Positions 19,488 through 29,210 of a DNA stretch of 64,000 bases are shown here, one piece after another. The notes beneath the pieces were generated by a model. It was not told the origin of the DNA. It saw only the letters and a program-made list of their open reading frames with translations, and did not search any database. Made by a program: the position numbers and the translations under genes. Position 1 is the first letter of the stretch, and each line of letters opens with the position of its first letter. This DNA is from Candidatus Multivorans sp. GTDB taxonomy: Bacteria; Acidobacteriota; Thermoanaerobaculia; Multivoradales; Multivoraceae. The stretch covers positions 4,512,001-4,576,000 of the forward strand of contig OZ245033.1 in NCBI GenBank assembly GCA_965224025.1, in the 5' to 3' direction.

Positions 19488-21740
19488 GTGAACCAGCGCA
19501 TCCTGACGCTGCCGGGGCTCTTGCTCCTGCCGCTCGCCGCGACCGCCCAGACGGAACCACCGATCCACGTCGAGCCGTTCCTGCAGCAGGTTGCCGAGTA
19601 CGAGGCGCCGGTCGACGACGCCAGCGCCTTTCCTCCGGCACCGCCGTCCCCCTCCCGCATCGCCGACGCCCCCGGCGAAGTTCGCGAGATCGTCACGGAT
19701 GCCGCCATCCGGATCGCGGCCGCCTCGTCCACCGGTCTGTACCTGCGAGACGGCTCGGACACCGTCTGGCGGCGCCTGTTGCCGCGCGATGGCAACCGGA
19801 GCTGGGCGCCGGTTGACGTGCGGGCGGTCGAGTTCGACTACGACGGCGGGCTGTGGTTCGCCTCGCCCCAGGGCCTGGGCGTGCAGGACGCCGACACCGG
19901 CGCCTGGCGGCTCTACGACCGCACCGACGGCCTGCCCTGGAACGACTTCACCAGCCTCGCCGCGGCGCCCGACGGCTCGATCTGGGCCGGGACGACGCGA
20001 GGACTGGTTCACTTGATGCCCGGGTTGGACGAAGGGACCGCCGCGTCCGCGGATGCGGGCGAGACACCCGCGTTCCCGGGAGCAGAGTCGAACGGCGGCC
20101 CGAAGGCGGCGCGCCGCGCCAGGCCGCGCTGGCAGTACAGGCAGGGGCGGCGCTGGCTGCCCCACGACCATGTGCTGGAAGTCCAGGTCGACCGGGACGG
20201 CACGGTGCGGGTCGAGACCGCCGCCGGACCCGGCGCGATCCACCTGCGGCCGATGACCCTGCGGCGGAAGGCGGACCGCTTCCACGTAGCGATCGACCGC
20301 TTCCACCGGCGAACGCCCTACGGCTACGTCCTCGGCGTCGCGCTCGAGCAGCCCGGCGATACGTCGACATTCTCCCGGCACGACAGTGACAACGACGGCC
20401 TGTGGACCTCGATGTACGGCGCCGCCGAGTGCTTCCGCTGGGCCGTCACCGGCGATCCCGAGGCCCGCGAGCGGGCGCGCAAGGCCTTCGAGGCGCTGCG
20501 CTTCCTGCAATTCGTCACCCAGGGCGGCACGCCGCCGGCCGAGCGCGGCTTCGTCGCCCGCACCATCCTGCCGGCCGACGGTCCCGACCCGAACGCAGGC
20601 AGGCTCGAGAACGATCGCCGGATGCGGGAGCAGCGGGACGGCCTGTGGAAGGTGATCGACCCCCGCTGGCCAACGAGCGCGGACGGCAAGTGGTACTGGA
20701 AGAGCGACACGAGCTCCGACGAGCTGGACGGCCACTTCTTCTTCTACGCCCTCTACTACGACCTGGTCGCGGAGAGCGACGCCGAACGCGCCGAGGTGCG
20801 CGAAACGGTGCTGGCGATCTTGGACCACCTGATCGACCACGGCGGCGGCCTGGTCGACCACGACGGCAAGCGAACCCGCTGGGCGGTGTTCGGCCCGGAG
20901 CAACTGAACCACGACCAGGAGTGGTGGGAGGAGCGCGGCCTCAACTCGCTCTCCTACCTGACCTACCTGCGGATCGCCGAGCACATGAGCAGCACGGGTT
21001 CGGAAGCCGAAGTTCAGCGCGGGCAGCGCTACGCCGAGGCCGCGCAAACCCTTCTCGACGACCACGCCTACGCCGCGAACCTGCGCAACCCGAAGGTCCA
21101 GAGCGGTCCCGGCAGCGGCAACCAGTCCGACGACGAGATGGCGTTCATGAACTTCTACCACCTGCTCAAGTACGAGCGGGACGAGGCGCTCCGAAGCGTG
21201 GTCGCCCACTCGCTGCGGCAGTACTGGAAGGTCCTGCAGCCCGAGCGGAATCCCCTGTTCGACTTCATCCATGCCGCCGCGATCGACGGCGCCAGCTACC
21301 GCGACGCGTTCGACGACGAGACCTACAGCCGCGACGACTTCCCGCTCGACGACGCCGCCCTGAGCCTTGTCCTCTACCCGCTTGACCGCTTCGACTGGGC
21401 GCTCACGAACAGTCACCGCCTCGACATCGTCCTGCTCCGCGAAACCGTGCGGCGCGAACTCGCGCCGCACCTGAACCAGTCCGAGCGCCCGTCATCGGGC
21501 GCTCGGAAGGACCAGGAAGAACGCCGCGGTCCGCGCGGCCACCTGCTCGACGGCCGCGTGCTGCCGATCGACGAGCGCTTCGTCAACCACTGGAATCACG
21601 ACCCGTGGCGGCTCGATCACGGCGGCCAGGGCCGCTATCTGGCCGACGGCGCGAGCTTCCTGCTCCCCTACTACCTGGGCCTGTATCACGGGCTGATCGA
21701 AGAGACCGCCGGCGAAGCGGGCACGGAGGCCGCGGAGTGA
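19488..21740 (+). CDS. secreted hypothetical protein: beta-propeller-like N-terminus plus probable (alpha/alpha)-barrel domain
   Basis: Signal peptide; DGGLWFAS, DGLPWNDFT and DGSIWAGT repeats; acidic blocks DSDNDGLWT, KSDTSSDELDGH, NQSDDEMAF. Confidence 0.75.
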   Translation: MNQRILTLPGLLLLPLAATAQTEPPIHVEPFLQQVAEYEAPVDDASAFPPAPPSPSRIADAPGEVREIVTDAAIRIAAASSTGLYLRDGSDTVWRRLLPRDGNRSWAPVDVRAVEFDYDGGLWFASPQGLGVQDADTGAWRLYDRTDGLPWNDFTSLAAAPDGSIWAGTTRGLVHLMPGLDEGTAASADAGETPAFPGAESNGGPKAARRARPRWQYRQGRRWLPHDHVLEVQVDRDGTVRVETAAGPGAIHLRPMTLRRKADRFHVAIDRFHRRTPYGYVLGVALEQPGDTSTFSRHDSDNDGLWTSMYGAAECFRWAVTGDPEARERARKAFEALRFLQFVTQGGTPPAERGFVARTILPADGPDPNAGRLENDRRMREQRDGLWKVIDPRWPTSADGKWYWKSDTSSDELDGHFFFYALYYDLVAESDAERAEVRETVLAILDHLIDHGGGLVDHDGKRTRWAVFGPEQLNHDQEWWEERGLNSLSYLTYLRIAEHMSSTGSEAEVQRGQRYAEAAQTLLDDHAYAANLRNPKVQSGPGSGNQSDDEMAFMNFYHLLKYERDEALRSVVAHSLRQYWKVLQPERNPLFDFIHAAAIDGASYRDAFDDETYSRDDFPLDDAALSLVLYPLDRFDWALTNSHRLDIVLLRETVRRELAPHLNQSERPSSGARKDQEERRGPRGHLLDGRVLPIDERFVNHWNHDPWRLDHGGQGRYLADGASFLLPYYLGLYHGLIEETAGEAGTEAAE

Positions 21741-22615
21741 CGGCCGGCGAGGTCGACGCGCCGCGCGTGGCGCTGCAGCTCTACACGCTGCGCCGGCAGG
21801 CGCGGGAGAATCTCGAAACCGCCCTCGACCAGGCCGCCGATGCCGGTTACCGCGAGGTCGAGTGGTTCGGCGGCCTGTGGAACCGCACCACGGCCGAACT
21901 GCGGCAGTTCCTCGCCGACCGGGGCCTCTCCCTGGCGGCGGCTCACGTGCCCTTGGCCGACCTGGAAGCGGACCCGGCCGAGGTGATGCAGACCTTCCGC
22001 GAGCTCGACTGCGAAGTCCTCGCCTGCCCCTGGCTCGACGAAGCCCAGCGGGGCGACGGCGGTCGCGCGCACTACCTGGAACTCGGAGGGCGGCTCGATC
22101 TGCTGAGTTACCGGTTCCGCGCCGGCGGCTTTCGCTTCGCGTACCACAACCACGAGTTCGAGCTGCTGCCCTTCGACGACGGCGAGCCCGAGCGCCTCGG
22201 CGTCGACGGCCTGCGCGCGCTCGCTTCCTGCCGCTCGCACGACGGCTGGGGGCTGGAACTCGACATCTACTGGGCGGCTTTCGCGGGGCACGATCCGGCA
22301 GCCCTCATACGGGAACTGGGCGACCGGATCCACATCCTGCACCTCAAGGACGGCCTGCTGTCGGGCGCCGCGTCCGAACGCAGCCCGGAGCGCGCCACCG
22401 CCGAGCGCTGGTTCCGGGCGCTCGGCGAGGGCGACGTCGACGTGTCCGGCTGCGTAGAGGCGGGGCTCGAGGCCGGGGTGCGCCTGTTCGTCGTCGAGCA
22501 GGACGAGACCGCGGAGGCGGAAGACTCGCCGGCCGACGACGCGGCCGCAAGCCTTCGTCATCTCGGTACAGCCACCGCTCTCGGCCGCACCCTGGCCGCG
22601 CGAGAAGCCACATGA
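21737..22615 (+). CDS. sugar phosphate isomerase/epimerase (IolE/xylose-isomerase-like TIM barrel)
   Basis: GTGA overlap; LQLYTLR, YHNHEFE, ELDIYW, LHLKD, VEQD. Confidence 0.9.
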   Translation: MTAGEVDAPRVALQLYTLRRQARENLETALDQAADAGYREVEWFGGLWNRTTAELRQFLADRGLSLAAAHVPLADLEADPAEVMQTFRELDCEVLACPWLDEAQRGDGGRAHYLELGGRLDLLSYRFRAGGFRFAYHNHEFELLPFDDGEPERLGVDGLRALASCRSHDGWGLELDIYWAAFAGHDPAALIRELGDRIHILHLKDGLLSGAASERSPERATAERWFRALGEGDVDVSGCVEAGLEAGVRLFVVEQDETAEAEDSPADDAAASLRHLGTATALGRTLAAREAT

Positions 22616-24192
22616 CCTGGGGTCTCTCCGGCCTCGACACGGGGATCGTCCTCGTCTATCTCGCGGGCATCCTGGTCATCGGCACCACCTTCAGCCGCTA
22701 CGTGAAGACCAGCGGCGACTTCCTGCTCGCCGGCCGCGCCCTGCCGTTCTGGGCGATCGGCATGTCGATCGTGGTCAGCGACATCGGCGCCACGGACTTC
22801 ATCGCCGTCGCCGGCGGCACCTACCGCTACGGCCTTGCCCAGGCCAACTTCGACTGGCTCGGCTCGATGCCGGCACTTCTGATCGCCGCCTTCCTGATCG
22901 TGCCCCTCTACTGGCGAAGCGGCGTCTACACCGTGCCCGAGTTCCTGGGCCGCCGCTACGGCGACGGCGTGCGCAGCTTCCTCGCCCTGGCCTGGGGCGT
23001 GATCCTGGTGCTCAACCTGGGCATCATGATTCACGCCACGGCGCTCCTCATGCGCACGGTCCTGGGCTGGGATCCGCAGCTCTCGATCTGGATCACGACC
23101 GGCATCGTCGGCATCTACACGATCAGCGGAGGTCTGGCCGCCGTCGTGATGACCGACGTGCTGCAACTCATCATCATGTTCGTCGGCGGCGCCGCCCTGG
23201 TGGCGCGCGCCCTGCACGAAGTCGGCGGACTCGCCGCGCTGCGCGAAGGCATCCTGAACCAGGGCCCCCAATACGCCGACCACTTCTCGCTCTACCTGCC
23301 GCACGACACCGCGACTCCCTTCCCCTGGACGGGCATCGTCCTGGGCCTCGGCATCGTCCTCTCCGTGGCCTACTACACCGGCAACCAGACCATGGTGCAG
23401 CGAGCACTCGGCGCCCGCAGCGAGTGGGACGCGAAGGCCGGCGTGCTGCTCGCCGGTTTCCTCAAGCTGTTCATCCCCCTGCTCGTCGCCCTGCCGGGAC
23501 TGGCCGCGATCCTGATCGTCCCAGACCTTGCGAACGCCGACGAGGCGGTGCCCAGCCTGATCGCCCAGTTGCTGCCGCCGGGGCTGCGCGGTCTGATGTT
23601 CGCGGCCTTCCTGGCGGCGCTGATGTCGAGCGTCGACTCGAACCTGAACTCGGCGGCCACCCTCTGGAGCCGCGACCTGCTCGGGCGGCTGCGGCGGCGA
23701 TGGCGCCGCAGCGACCTTGGAACCGCCGCCGAACTCCGTTTCGGCCGCATCCTGTCCGCTGTGCTGCTGCTGGCGGCCGCCTTCATCGCCCCCGAGATCG
23801 AGCAGCGCTTCAGCAACATCTACAACGCGATCCAGACCGTCTTCTCCTTGATCCAGGGGCCGACCCTGGCGGTGCTCCTGCTCGGCATCCTGTGGCGCCG
23901 GGCCAACCGCTACGGCGGCGGTGCGGGCCTGGCCGCGGGCGTCGGCTTGTGCCTGCTGCTGAACAGCCCGGCGATGGACGGGCTGTTTCCGTCCGAGGAG
24001 CCCTTCCTCTTCGTCGCTTGGTGGTCGTTCGTGTTCACTCTCGCCGTGACCTGGATCGTCAGCCGTCTGACGCCCCCCGAACCGCCGGAGCGCCTGCGTG
24101 GCTTGGTCTGGGGCGAGGTGCGGAGCGACGAGGCGTTGCAGGCCGCGCTGCGGAGCAGGGTCGCGAGACTGCAGGAACGCGAAAGTGAATAG
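22612..24192 (+). CDS. sodium:solute symporter (SGLT-like)
   Basis: ATGA overlap; DFLLAGRALP, TVPEFLGRRY, GGLAAVVMTD, NQTMVQRALGA, AALMSS. Confidence 0.92.
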   Translation: MTWGLSGLDTGIVLVYLAGILVIGTTFSRYVKTSGDFLLAGRALPFWAIGMSIVVSDIGATDFIAVAGGTYRYGLAQANFDWLGSMPALLIAAFLIVPLYWRSGVYTVPEFLGRRYGDGVRSFLALAWGVILVLNLGIMIHATALLMRTVLGWDPQLSIWITTGIVGIYTISGGLAAVVMTDVLQLIIMFVGGAALVARALHEVGGLAALREGILNQGPQYADHFSLYLPHDTATPFPWTGIVLGLGIVLSVAYYTGNQTMVQRALGARSEWDAKAGVLLAGFLKLFIPLLVALPGLAAILIVPDLANADEAVPSLIAQLLPPGLRGLMFAAFLAALMSSVDSNLNSAATLWSRDLLGRLRRRWRRSDLGTAAELRFGRILSAVLLLAAAFIAPEIEQRFSNIYNAIQTVFSLIQGPTLAVLLLGILWRRANRYGGGAGLAAGVGLCLLLNSPAMDGLFPSEEPFLFVAWWSFVFTLAVTWIVSRLTPPEPPERLRGLVWGEVRSDEALQAALRSRVARLQERESE

Positions 24193-24204
24193 CGAGCGAA
24201 GGCA

Positions 24205-24307
24205 CCTGGGAACCCGCGTGGCGCGAACCAGCGCCACACGCGAACCACTCCGTGCGCCGGTCATTCGGCGCACGGATGGCACGCGGGCGTCTCGCCCGCA
24301 TCCGGCG
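24205..24307 (-). repeat. REP-like repeat, family A, copy 3 (three hairpins)
   Basis: Diverged reverse-complement homolog of 857-958. Confidence 0.8.
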
Positions 24308-24339
24308 CCAAGCGCGGATTCGCACGCGAGAGCACAGCC

Positions 24340-24579
24340 ATGAGAACAATCCTCGAGTTCGTCCTCGGCCCGATCAACGACGCGATGGGCGCATTGCCAC
24401 TCTGGAGCGCGCGGATTGCCGTGGCTCTCCTGCTCGTCTTGCCGGCAGTCGCCGTCTGGCGGCTCAGCCGCGACTGGGTGCTTCGCGGCGCGCCGGACCG
24501 CGCCCGCTGGCGCGACCTGCGAATCTGGGCCGCGCTGTTCATCGTTCCGTACCTCGTGATCTACCTCCTGTTGGCCTGA
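24340..24579 (+). CDS. small membrane protein (2 TM)
   Basis: 79 aa; two hydrophobic helices flanking GAPDRARWRDLRIWA. Confidence 0.75.
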   Translation: MRTILEFVLGPINDAMGALPLWSARIAVALLLVLPAVAVWRLSRDWVLRGAPDRARWRDLRIWAALFIVPYLVIYLLLA

Positions 24580-24599
24580 CCGAGCACTCCTGCAACGCC

Positions 24600-24818
24600 A
24601 TGACCCCGGACCACACCAACCGCGACCGCTCCACGGCCCGCATCCTCGGCGTGTTCCTGGCGGTGCTGTCGATACCGGTTCTGATCGGAGGCTTCTCGGC
24701 TGTCGAGACGATCGACCTCGCGCTCGGAACCGCCGCGGGGGCGGCCCTGCTGCTGGCGGCGGCCGTCCTGATGATCTACGGCAGCCGCGGCCGTTCGAAG
24801 CAGGCTGGAAAGCGCTGA
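24600..24818 (+). CDS. small membrane protein (2 TM)
   Basis: MTPDHTNRDRSTARILGVFLAV...; two TM segments and a basic tail. Confidence 0.6.
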   Translation: MTPDHTNRDRSTARILGVFLAVLSIPVLIGGFSAVETIDLALGTAAGAALLLAAAVLMIYGSRGRSKQAGKR

Positions 24819-25465
24819 GCGAGCCGCAGCAGCCGGGACCGGCCATCGCGCCGAAGATAACCGAGCACGAGGCGCGCCGGCTGCTTTCGGGCGGGCGGTT
24901 GCGCCGGCTCCGGAGCGGCCGGCCCCTGGCGCTGGAGCTCCTGTACCTGCCCCACTGGCTCGTCGTCTACGAGACGGTCGAGATCGGGTCGGGGCGCGCG
25001 GACTCGGACGAGCTCGGCGAACCTCGCGGAAGCCGACGCTTCGCGCCGATTGCCGGTCATAAGGACGGCGCACCCAGTCTCTCCCGCGCAAGCTGCGCGG
25101 TCGGCGCCGGGGAGCAGCTCTCCATCCTCGTCTGTCGGTCAAGCGGTCAGGCGGCACACATCCGGCTGCAGGACGTCAACATTGCACCGGGACCCGAGCC
25201 CCTGCCGCCCGCGCTCCAACCCGCCGAGGCGGAAGAGCGGGCGGCCGATTTCGCCAGTCGCGTCCTGCTGATGGCGGCTCGCGGCAAGCGTCGTCGCGAA
25301 CGCGGCCGGCTGCTTCGCTCCAAACCCTGCGGCTACCCCTACTGGGTCGAGTACTTCCAGCGCCGGCGCAACATCGACTTCCGCGCCCTGGACGCAGTCT
25401 CCGGCAAGAAGGCCGGCGCAGCCGTCCGCGGCGCCATCGCGCAGGGAATCGCGGCCGGCGGTTAG
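24815..25465 (+). CDS. hypothetical protein
   Basis: Frame stays open back to a CTG overlapping the upstream TGA; two related blocks (ELLYLPHW; PCGYPYW...LDAVSG). Confidence 0.6.
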   Translation: MSEPQQPGPAIAPKITEHEARRLLSGGRLRRLRSGRPLALELLYLPHWLVVYETVEIGSGRADSDELGEPRGSRRFAPIAGHKDGAPSLSRASCAVGAGEQLSILVCRSSGQAAHIRLQDVNIAPGPEPLPPALQPAEAEERAADFASRVLLMAARGKRRRERGRLLRSKPCGYPYWVEYFQRRRNIDFRALDAVSGKKAGAAVRGAIAQGIAAGG

Positions 25466-26280
25466 CGCGAGTCCTGGTCGGCATCAGATTCCGCAAGCAC
25501 GCGGTCGGACGCCGCCACGACGAACCGTTCCGCCGCTTCGAGGGCCTCCTCCGCCATCGGCCGGGTGTACGTGGTCGCCGGTATCCCCTCCGCTTGACCG
25601 TTCGGATAGCGGGCCCCGACGTAGTGAACGTCCAGAGCCTTGCCCAAGTCGCGCAGTTCTGGCACCTCCGGCGCTCGTTCGGCGTAGCGGTCGATCATCT
25701 CCACGAGCGAGTGAGTGCGTACGCTCCTCTCGCCCAGGCCGTAGGCGATCGACTTGACCGCCTTCTCAGCCGCCTGCTGTGCAATGAAGCAGGCTTGGCT
25801 GTAGTAGCGCTCCCGAAAAGCCAGCTTCGCGAAGCCGAGGTCGTACTCGGCCATGCCCAGCCACCGCTCGGCTTCGGCCCGCGCCACCTCCGGCGGCGTC
25901 GGCGTCGAGGCCGCCGCACCGCCGCGAAGCGCCTGGAGCTCCTGCTCGACGAGCTCGGCCCAGAGCGTTCCCAGGTGGACGGGTTTCGCCTCCAGCAGCG
26001 CATCCACCAGGAAGGGTCTGCCCGCGGACCTCATCGCCTCGAACTCCTCGGGGGTGTAGACGAGGAGATCCACCGCTCCGCCGGCCGCCGCGATCGCCTC
26101 GGAGTAGGCCAGCCGGCGCCGGGGCTGGGGTTCGTCGCTCGGCTGCACCACGATCAGGTCGATGTCGCTCTCCGCATGGGCCGTTCCCCGGGCCTGCGAT
26201 CCGAACAGCCACGCCGCGTGGGCGGCCTGCTCCTCAAGCAAGGGCCGCATCGCGTCGAGCAGCGTGTCGAGACGGCTCAT
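25462..26280 (-). CDS. fused minimal nucleotidyltransferase (MNT) + HEPN protein
   Basis: GS-x10-DxD (GSQARGTAHAESDID), VDLLVYTPEEF; HEPN with ACFIAQQAAEKAVK, RSVRTH (Rx4H) and YVGARYP. Confidence 0.9.
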   Translation of the reverse strand: MSRLDTLLDAMRPLLEEQAAHAAWLFGSQARGTAHAESDIDLIVVQPSDEPQPRRRLAYSEAIAAAGGAVDLLVYTPEEFEAMRSAGRPFLVDALLEAKPVHLGTLWAELVEQELQALRGGAAASTPTPPEVARAEAERWLGMAEYDLGFAKLAFRERYYSQACFIAQQAAEKAVKSIAYGLGERSVRTHSLVEMIDRYAERAPEVPELRDLGKALDVHYVGARYPNGQAEGIPATTYTRPMAEEALEAAERFVVAASDRVLAESDADQDSR

Positions 26281-26373
26281 GGCAGGAGCCTATCCCGGCG
26301 GAACCGTCCGGCAGCCGGTCTGCAACAGGTTCGGCGGCGCTACACTTCGCCCTTCCCAACCGAGGAGAACCGA

Positions 26374-27315
26374 ATGGCCGAGGCCTTCGACACCCCGACA
26401 ACCATCTGCGGACCGCTGCGCTCCCCCCGGCAGATGCTCGCCGAGCAGGAGTACGGCGGCCACATGTCGATCCACGACGATTCGACGGCCGAGCGGATGG
26501 GGTTCCAGGCCGGCGGCCCGATCGAGGGTCCGACCCACTTCAGCCAGTTCGATCCCCTGCTCTACGGCCTGTGGGGTCGTGAATGGTTCGAGACCGGCTG
26601 CCTGAGCGCCCACTACCGGAACATGGTCGTCGACGGCGAGCAGGTCCGTGCCTTCGTCGAGCAGCCGAGCAAGGGTCAGACGCAGATACGCGTCCGGGCG
26701 GAAAAGGCGGACGGCACGGAGGTCTTGATCGGTACCGCGTCGATTCGCGGCAATGTCGAATCCTCCGAGATCGCGACCCGGATGACACGCCTGCGGCCGC
26801 CCGGGCCCCTCGTCATCATGCGCGACGTGGCGGTCGGGATGAAGGGCACGGGCCTTGAAGAGGTAAGGATGGACTTCGACCAGAACATGGGCCATCTCTA
26901 TCCGTTCAGCCTCAACCAGAAGCTGGCCGCGATCACGGAGCCGTCACCGTGGTACACCGAAGACGAAGGCGGCAGTTCGCCCTGGGGCCGGGCGATCATC
27001 CCGCGGGAGATGGTCAGCGTGCTCGGTGGCTACTCGAACCGCAAGTCCGGGTTCTCGCCTCGCGGACCGGCCCTGGGCCTGTTCGCGGGCCAGCAGATCC
27101 GCATGATCCGCGGGCCCCTGTTCGTGGGCCACGACTATCTGCTCGAACGGGAGATCGTCGCTTTGAGCGAGAGCCGGCGCACCGAGTCGTACTGGGTCAA
27201 GACCACCTACGTGGACGCGGAGTCGAATGAGCCCGTCGCCGAGATGATCCTGAACCATGCGACGCTGAAGCACGCCTTCGAAGGCTACGAAGAAGAACTG
27301 GCGGCCATGGCATGA
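26374..27315 (+). CDS. hypothetical protein, probable double hot-dog (MaoC-like) fold
   Basis: SIHDD...GGPIEGPTHFSQF; C-terminal GPLFVG...ALSESRRTES; upstream of an acyl-CoA ligase. Confidence 0.7.
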   Translation: MAEAFDTPTTICGPLRSPRQMLAEQEYGGHMSIHDDSTAERMGFQAGGPIEGPTHFSQFDPLLYGLWGREWFETGCLSAHYRNMVVDGEQVRAFVEQPSKGQTQIRVRAEKADGTEVLIGTASIRGNVESSEIATRMTRLRPPGPLVIMRDVAVGMKGTGLEEVRMDFDQNMGHLYPFSLNQKLAAITEPSPWYTEDEGGSSPWGRAIIPREMVSVLGGYSNRKSGFSPRGPALGLFAGQQIRMIRGPLFVGHDYLLEREIVALSESRRTESYWVKTTYVDAESNEPVAEMILNHATLKHAFEGYEEELAAMA

Positions 27316-27382
27316 ACAACGACACGTTGAAGCACGCCTTCGCCAACTACGAAGAAGAGAGCGCGGCCATGGCATGAACAAC
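27262..27382 (+). repeat. diverged tandem duplication (59-bp units, 62-bp period) of the 3' end of the upstream CDS
   Basis: 27262-27320 vs 27324-27382: 50/59 identical, both include the stop codon. Confidence 0.85.
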
Positions 27383-27439
27383 CGAGGAGATGCAGGCGGG
27401 TTTCTGCGATCGGGTAGAAGTGGTGAGCCCCTCCCACAC

Positions 27440-29176
27440 ATGACGGAAGAGAAGTCCGAGTCGATCCACGGCCAGATGACCTATGACGAGTCGGTCGCCC
27501 ACCTGACCGCCGCGGGCGCCGACTGGGAGCTGGTGACGGAGACGGTTCGCGGCGTCGAGTACAAGGTCTTCAAGAACCTGCCGGCGACGCTCTGCTGTGT
27601 CTACGACCAGGCGCGGCAGGACCACGGCGACAAGGACTTCCTCGTCTTCCAGGACACGCGCCTGACCTACAACGAGGCATACGAACGCGCGGCCGCGATC
27701 GCCCACCAGTTGACCCACCGCTACGGCGTCGAGAAGGGCGACTGCGTGGCCATCGGCATGCGGAATTACCCGGAGTGGGTGATCGCCTTCATGGCGATCA
27801 CCTCCTCCGGCGCCATCTCGGTGTCGCTGAACGGCTGGTGGTCGGGCGAAGAGCTGGAGTACGGCTTCAAGGACTCCGGCGCCAAACTCGCCTTCTTCGA
27901 TCAGCAGCGCTACGAACGGGTGGCCAGCCGGTTGCCCAAGCTCGGCGTGAAGAGCATCGGCGTGCGCTGGGAGGAGGAGCTGCCCGACGGCGTGGACGAC
28001 TTCGACGAGCTGTGGCGCGAGGGAGCGGGCCAGCCGATGCCCGACGTCGACCTCGGCCCCCACGACGACGTGACGATCCTCTTCACCTCCGGCACCACCG
28101 GCTTCCCCAAGGGGGCCGTCTCGACGCATAGGGGCGTGCTCAGCGGCATCGGCAGTTGGGGCTTCTACGGCGCCCAGCGCATCGCCATGGGCCTGCTCGA
28201 AGAACCGGACGAGAACCCCGAGTTCCAGCCCTCGATCCTGATGCCCCTGCCGCTGTTCCACGTCAGCGGCAGCCACGCCGGCCTGCTCGCCTCGTTCGGC
28301 GCCGGCCGCAAGATCGTGATGATGTACAAGTGGAACCTGGAACACGGCCTGGAACTCATCGAACGGGAGCGCGTCACGTCCTTCAACGGCGTGCCGACGA
28401 TGACCTGGGAGATGCTGCAGTCGCCTTCGCTCAAGGAGCGCGACCTGCGCAGTCTGGTCGCCGTGTCCGGCGGCGGCGCGCCGATCCCCGGCGGCATGGT
28501 GGACCGCCTGCAGGTTCTGATGCCCGACAAGCACTGGTCCTTCGGTTGGGGGATGACGGAAACCAACGCCGGCGGCGCCGGCAACACGGACGAAGGGCTG
28601 GTCGAGAAGCCCGACAGTTGCGGCAAGCCGTGCCCGATCGTCGAACTGAAGATCATCGACGACTACGGCAACGAACTGCCGTCCGGCGAGCAGGGCGAAC
28701 TGATCATGAAGTCGTCGATGAACATCCGCGGCTACTGGAACCGCCCGGAAGCGACCGCGGAGACGATCCAGGACGGCTGGCTGCGCACCGGCGACATCGC
28801 CGAGATCGACGAGGACGGCTTCCTCTACATCCGCGACCGCAAGAAGGACATGGTGCTGCGCGGCGGCGAGAACATCTACTGCGCCGAGATCGAGCGCGTC
28901 GTCTACCAGCATCCCGCCGTCTACGAGGCCGCGGCCTTCGGCGTCCCCGACGACCGGCTGGGCGAGGAGTTGGCCGTAGTGGTCGTGCCCAAGGACGGCG
29001 CCGAGCTCGACGCCGCCGATGTGCGAGCCCACGTCGGCGAGCATCTCGCCCGCTTCAAGGTGCCTCGCTACGTCTGGCTCCAGGAGGAGCAGTTGCCGCG
29101 CGGCGCTACCGAGAAGATCCACAAGCGCGCGCTGCGCGACCAGATGCTGCGGGAAGCCCCGGAGTTCCAGTCGTGA
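27440..29176 (+). CDS. long-chain fatty acid--CoA ligase (class I adenylate-forming)
   Basis: FTSGTTGFPKG, GWGMTET, WLRTGD, LRGGENIY. Confidence 0.93.
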   Translation: MTEEKSESIHGQMTYDESVAHLTAAGADWELVTETVRGVEYKVFKNLPATLCCVYDQARQDHGDKDFLVFQDTRLTYNEAYERAAAIAHQLTHRYGVEKGDCVAIGMRNYPEWVIAFMAITSSGAISVSLNGWWSGEELEYGFKDSGAKLAFFDQQRYERVASRLPKLGVKSIGVRWEEELPDGVDDFDELWREGAGQPMPDVDLGPHDDVTILFTSGTTGFPKGAVSTHRGVLSGIGSWGFYGAQRIAMGLLEEPDENPEFQPSILMPLPLFHVSGSHAGLLASFGAGRKIVMMYKWNLEHGLELIERERVTSFNGVPTMTWEMLQSPSLKERDLRSLVAVSGGGAPIPGGMVDRLQVLMPDKHWSFGWGMTETNAGGAGNTDEGLVEKPDSCGKPCPIVELKIIDDYGNELPSGEQGELIMKSSMNIRGYWNRPEATAETIQDGWLRTGDIAEIDEDGFLYIRDRKKDMVLRGGENIYCAEIERVVYQHPAVYEAAAFGVPDDRLGEELAVVVVPKDGAELDAADVRAHVGEHLARFKVPRYVWLQEEQLPRGATEKIHKRALRDQMLREAPEFQS

Positions 29177-29210
29177 CGCCATCTCGCCAGGCCTCCGCAT
29201 CGACGACCAG

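Noticed and set aside
27262-27382. DGR template/variable repeat pair
   Set aside because: Mismatches are not adenine-specific, and there is no reverse transcriptase in the window
27374-27439. ORF-track N-terminal extension of the acyl-CoA ligase
   Set aside because: That ATG belongs to the duplicated 3'-end repeat; 27440 is the more plausible start
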